From: a virus
Taxonomy: Duplodnaviria; Caudoviricetes
Virus record (IMG/VR): IMGVR_UViG_3300038365_000078
Span: 1 to 35,628 of that record
DNA: 35,628 bases
Reading direction: 5' to 3' (one strand)
Under the pieces are notes generated by a model. That model saw nothing but the letters and a program-made list of their open reading frames with translations. It did no database searches and was not told where the DNA came from. How positions within the stretch are numbered: the stretch's first letter is position 1; the number at the start of each line of letters is the position of its first letter. Below are positions 33,579-35,628 of the stretch, one piece after another. Position numbers and translations under genes: made by a program.

Positions 33579-35252
33579 CTATTTCAGCAGCTCGCGCCAC
33601 CGGTCTACCACCTGGTCAGCCAGGCTCTTCTTTTCCGCCAGCGCGGCCAGGACTTTTTCGTCAACAGTTTTTCTGGCCACCAGGTGAATATAAGTGCAGT
33701 TGTTTTTTTGGCCGATCCTGTGGATTCTCGCTCGACACTGATCGTAATTGGCATAAGAATAATCCAGACTGTAGAATATGGCTGTGTCCGCTGCGTGCAA
33801 AGTGATCCCCAGCCCAGCGGTCTGTATCTGCGCCACAAATATTTTTACTTCCGGATCGGCTTGGAAGGCCTGAACTACTTCGCCCCGGTCTTCCATAGGC
33901 GTGGCGCCGGTAATCGCACTGTAACGGATATTTTCCTTTTCCAGCTGTTTTATGATGGCATTGATTTCCGGTATGAAACGGGCGAAGATTACCACCTTCT
34001 TGCCGGCTTCCAGCAGGTCTTCCAGGGTTTCCTGCAGCAATGCCATTTTGGCTTTGCTGATCTGGGTAGTAGTCTCCTCTACCCGGAGGAATCCGCCTGT
34101 TACCTGCGATAGCCGCAGCAGTCGGGCAAGAACGTTGGGGGCGGCGATGACCTGTTCGCCGCTCAATTCGGCCACCGACTCCTTCAGTAACTGGTCGTAT
34201 ACCCGCCGGGCGTCCTTCTCTAGATCGCAGTAAAGAGTCTGGTTGATCTGTTCCGGTAGATCCAAACAGTCAGCCTTCCGACAGCGAAAGGCTATACTGT
34301 GCGCCTTTTGGGCCAGTTCCGGCAGGTTCTGGTACCCGATCACCTGCCGGTTCTCATAGCCACCCATGAGGGCATAACGGCTCTTGAATGCCCAAAACGA
34401 TTTTCCGAAGATGTTGCGGTCCAGAAATCTGTACTGGGAATAAAAATCAAGGGGTCCTTGACTAACCGGCGTGCCGGTCAGTATCATCCGGTACCGGGCA
34501 ACGGTGCCCAGCCGGGCCATGGCTTTGCTTTGCCTGGCGCCGGGTGTTTTGATTCTCTGGGATTCGTCGCAGATGATCATGTCCGGTTGCCAGGCAATCA
34601 ACGCATCCTCCATGCGCCAGGTGGCTTCATAATTTATAACTGCCACCTGCAGGCGACTAGAATCAGCTGGCCAGCGCCGCAAGGTTTGTGCGCGTTGCTG
34701 AGTTGAGCCTTCCAGTGCCTTGACCTCATGGGGAAAATTTGCATGCGTGGCGAATTCCTTCGGCCAAACCGGTACCACCGATGCCGGAGCTACAACCAGA
34801 ATGCGCTGAATTTCTCCTCTCTGGTACCGGCGGCCGGCAGCGGCGACTGCAGTCAAGCTCTTGCCGCATCCCTGTTCCATCAACAGGGCGCTGCTAGGCT
34901 TGATTACGGCCATGTTGTACGCCGCTACCTGATGCCTAAACGGCACCGTTTTCAGCGGCATAGGTTCAATTGGCTCCGCATCTTCCCAACTGGTACCCTG
35001 CTGCTCGGTTTCCGCCAGGGCCAGCTCAGTCATCTTAGCTATGATAGACCTGTCTACCTTCAGCCCGGGCACGGCCTGGGTAAACTTCCGGAAGCTCTCC
35101 GGATTGGCCGGCAGCCCCCAGGACTTACTCTCTGGATCCCAGCGGCAGCCGATCTGCTTCAAGGCGTCTTTGTACTTGTAACTGTTTATTACCGCCAACT
35201 GGTCCCTGCTCATGATCAGCGTCGGCAGATTGTATGCGGGTATGCTACTCAT
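33579..35252 (-). CDS. SNF2-family DEAD/DEAH helicase
   Basis: EQGCGKS, DESQ, LTGTP, GLGITLHAA, QCRARIHRIGQ; start revised to MSSIPAY at 35252. Confidence 0.93.
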   Translation of the reverse strand: MSSIPAYNLPTLIMSRDQLAVINSYKYKDALKQIGCRWDPESKSWGLPANPESFRKFTQAVPGLKVDRSIIAKMTELALAETEQQGTSWEDAEPIEPMPLKTVPFRHQVAAYNMAVIKPSSALLMEQGCGKSLTAVAAAGRRYQRGEIQRILVVAPASVVPVWPKEFATHANFPHEVKALEGSTQQRAQTLRRWPADSSRLQVAVINYEATWRMEDALIAWQPDMIICDESQRIKTPGARQSKAMARLGTVARYRMILTGTPVSQGPLDFYSQYRFLDRNIFGKSFWAFKSRYALMGGYENRQVIGYQNLPELAQKAHSIAFRCRKADCLDLPEQINQTLYCDLEKDARRVYDQLLKESVAELSGEQVIAAPNVLARLLRLSQVTGGFLRVEETTTQISKAKMALLQETLEDLLEAGKKVVIFARFIPEINAIIKQLEKENIRYSAITGATPMEDRGEVVQAFQADPEVKIFVAQIQTAGLGITLHAADTAIFYSLDYSYANYDQCRARIHRIGQKNNCTYIHLVARKTVDEKVLAALAEKKSLADQVVDRWRELLK

Positions 35253-35526
35253 TCGCAGCCTCCTGTTCGGGGCCCGGTTCTGGCACCGGTTGGGGCGCCG
35301 GCGTAACAATTTTATAAAAGATGTATTGTATCAGGGCACCGTCGGTCATGGGCACATTGATATTCATCGGATATGTGACCGGTTCCCCATTATCAGAAAT
35401 ATAGGATACAGGTTTAACGCTGTACGCTTCCGGGGTTATATGGTTTTTTTCGTGGTCATAGCATTCTTCCCAATCGTTAAACTGCCTTCCGCAAAGATCG
35501 CAAATGTAAATGGTTTTCATATCCAA
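35245..35526 (-). CDS. Small C2H2 zinc-finger-like phage protein
   Basis: YICDLCGRQF...CYDHEKNH; RBS GAGGAGG. Confidence 0.7.
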   Translation of the reverse strand: MDMKTIYICDLCGRQFNDWEECYDHEKNHITPEAYSVKPVSYISDNGEPVTYPMNINVPMTDGALIQYIFYKIVTPAPQPVPEPGPEQEAANE

Positions 35527-35628
35527 TCAAGCCTCCTCTTCTACTTCCATGAACTCGCCGCCCTGAAGCCGGTACCAAATATCCGCCTTGATAGAATTTC
35601 CGTCAACCCTGCGAGTCTGCACGTCTAT
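35527..35628 (-). CDS. 3' end of a phage protein truncated by the window edge
   Basis: Open frame IDVQTRRVDGNSIKADIWYRLQGGEFMEVEEEA*, a C-terminal pattern common in phage proteins. Confidence 0.6.
   Translation of the reverse strand: MDVQTRRVDGNSIKADIWYRLQGGEFMEVEEEA

Larger units (their letters stand above)
162..35628 (-). mobile_element. Temperate myovirus prophage (SPP1-like head, PBSX/Xkd-like contractile tail); right end lies outside the window
   Basis: Co-oriented replication, packaging, head, tail and lysis modules in canonical order; putative att at 162-175. Confidence 0.95.

Overview
The window is most of a temperate myovirus prophage of a Firmicute host (probably Clostridia; host assignment is inference), encoded almost entirely on the minus strand. 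Read right to left it contains: (1) a replication module (SNF2-type helicase, putative SSB/annealing protein, sigma-70-like factor, PrimPol-PriCT-DUF927 primase-helicase followed by an iterated TATAGTCCAC origin-like region, BRO protein, VRR-NUC); (2) small accessory genes; (3) packaging and head genes (TerS, TerL, SPP1-type portal, gp7/MuF, GP20 scaffold, capsid); (4) neck genes; (5) a PBSX/phiCD119-like Xkd contractile tail; (6) a lysis cassette; (7) an AT-rich two-gene cargo operon with its own promoter and operator-like repeats that resembles a RosmerTA-type toxin plus XRE/ImmA-IrrE peptidase pair; (8) a probable att site resembling a displaced tmRNA/tRNA 3' end. Integrase and repressor are not in the window. 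The best leads are the terminal TA/defence-like operon and a possible late-gene control system: a consensus sigma-A promoter with a LexA-like box firing straight into a terminator, many internal terminators in the late region, a structured leader before the scaffold gene, and no recognisable RinA/ArpU activator. All family assignments come from motif recognition and gene order, not database searches.
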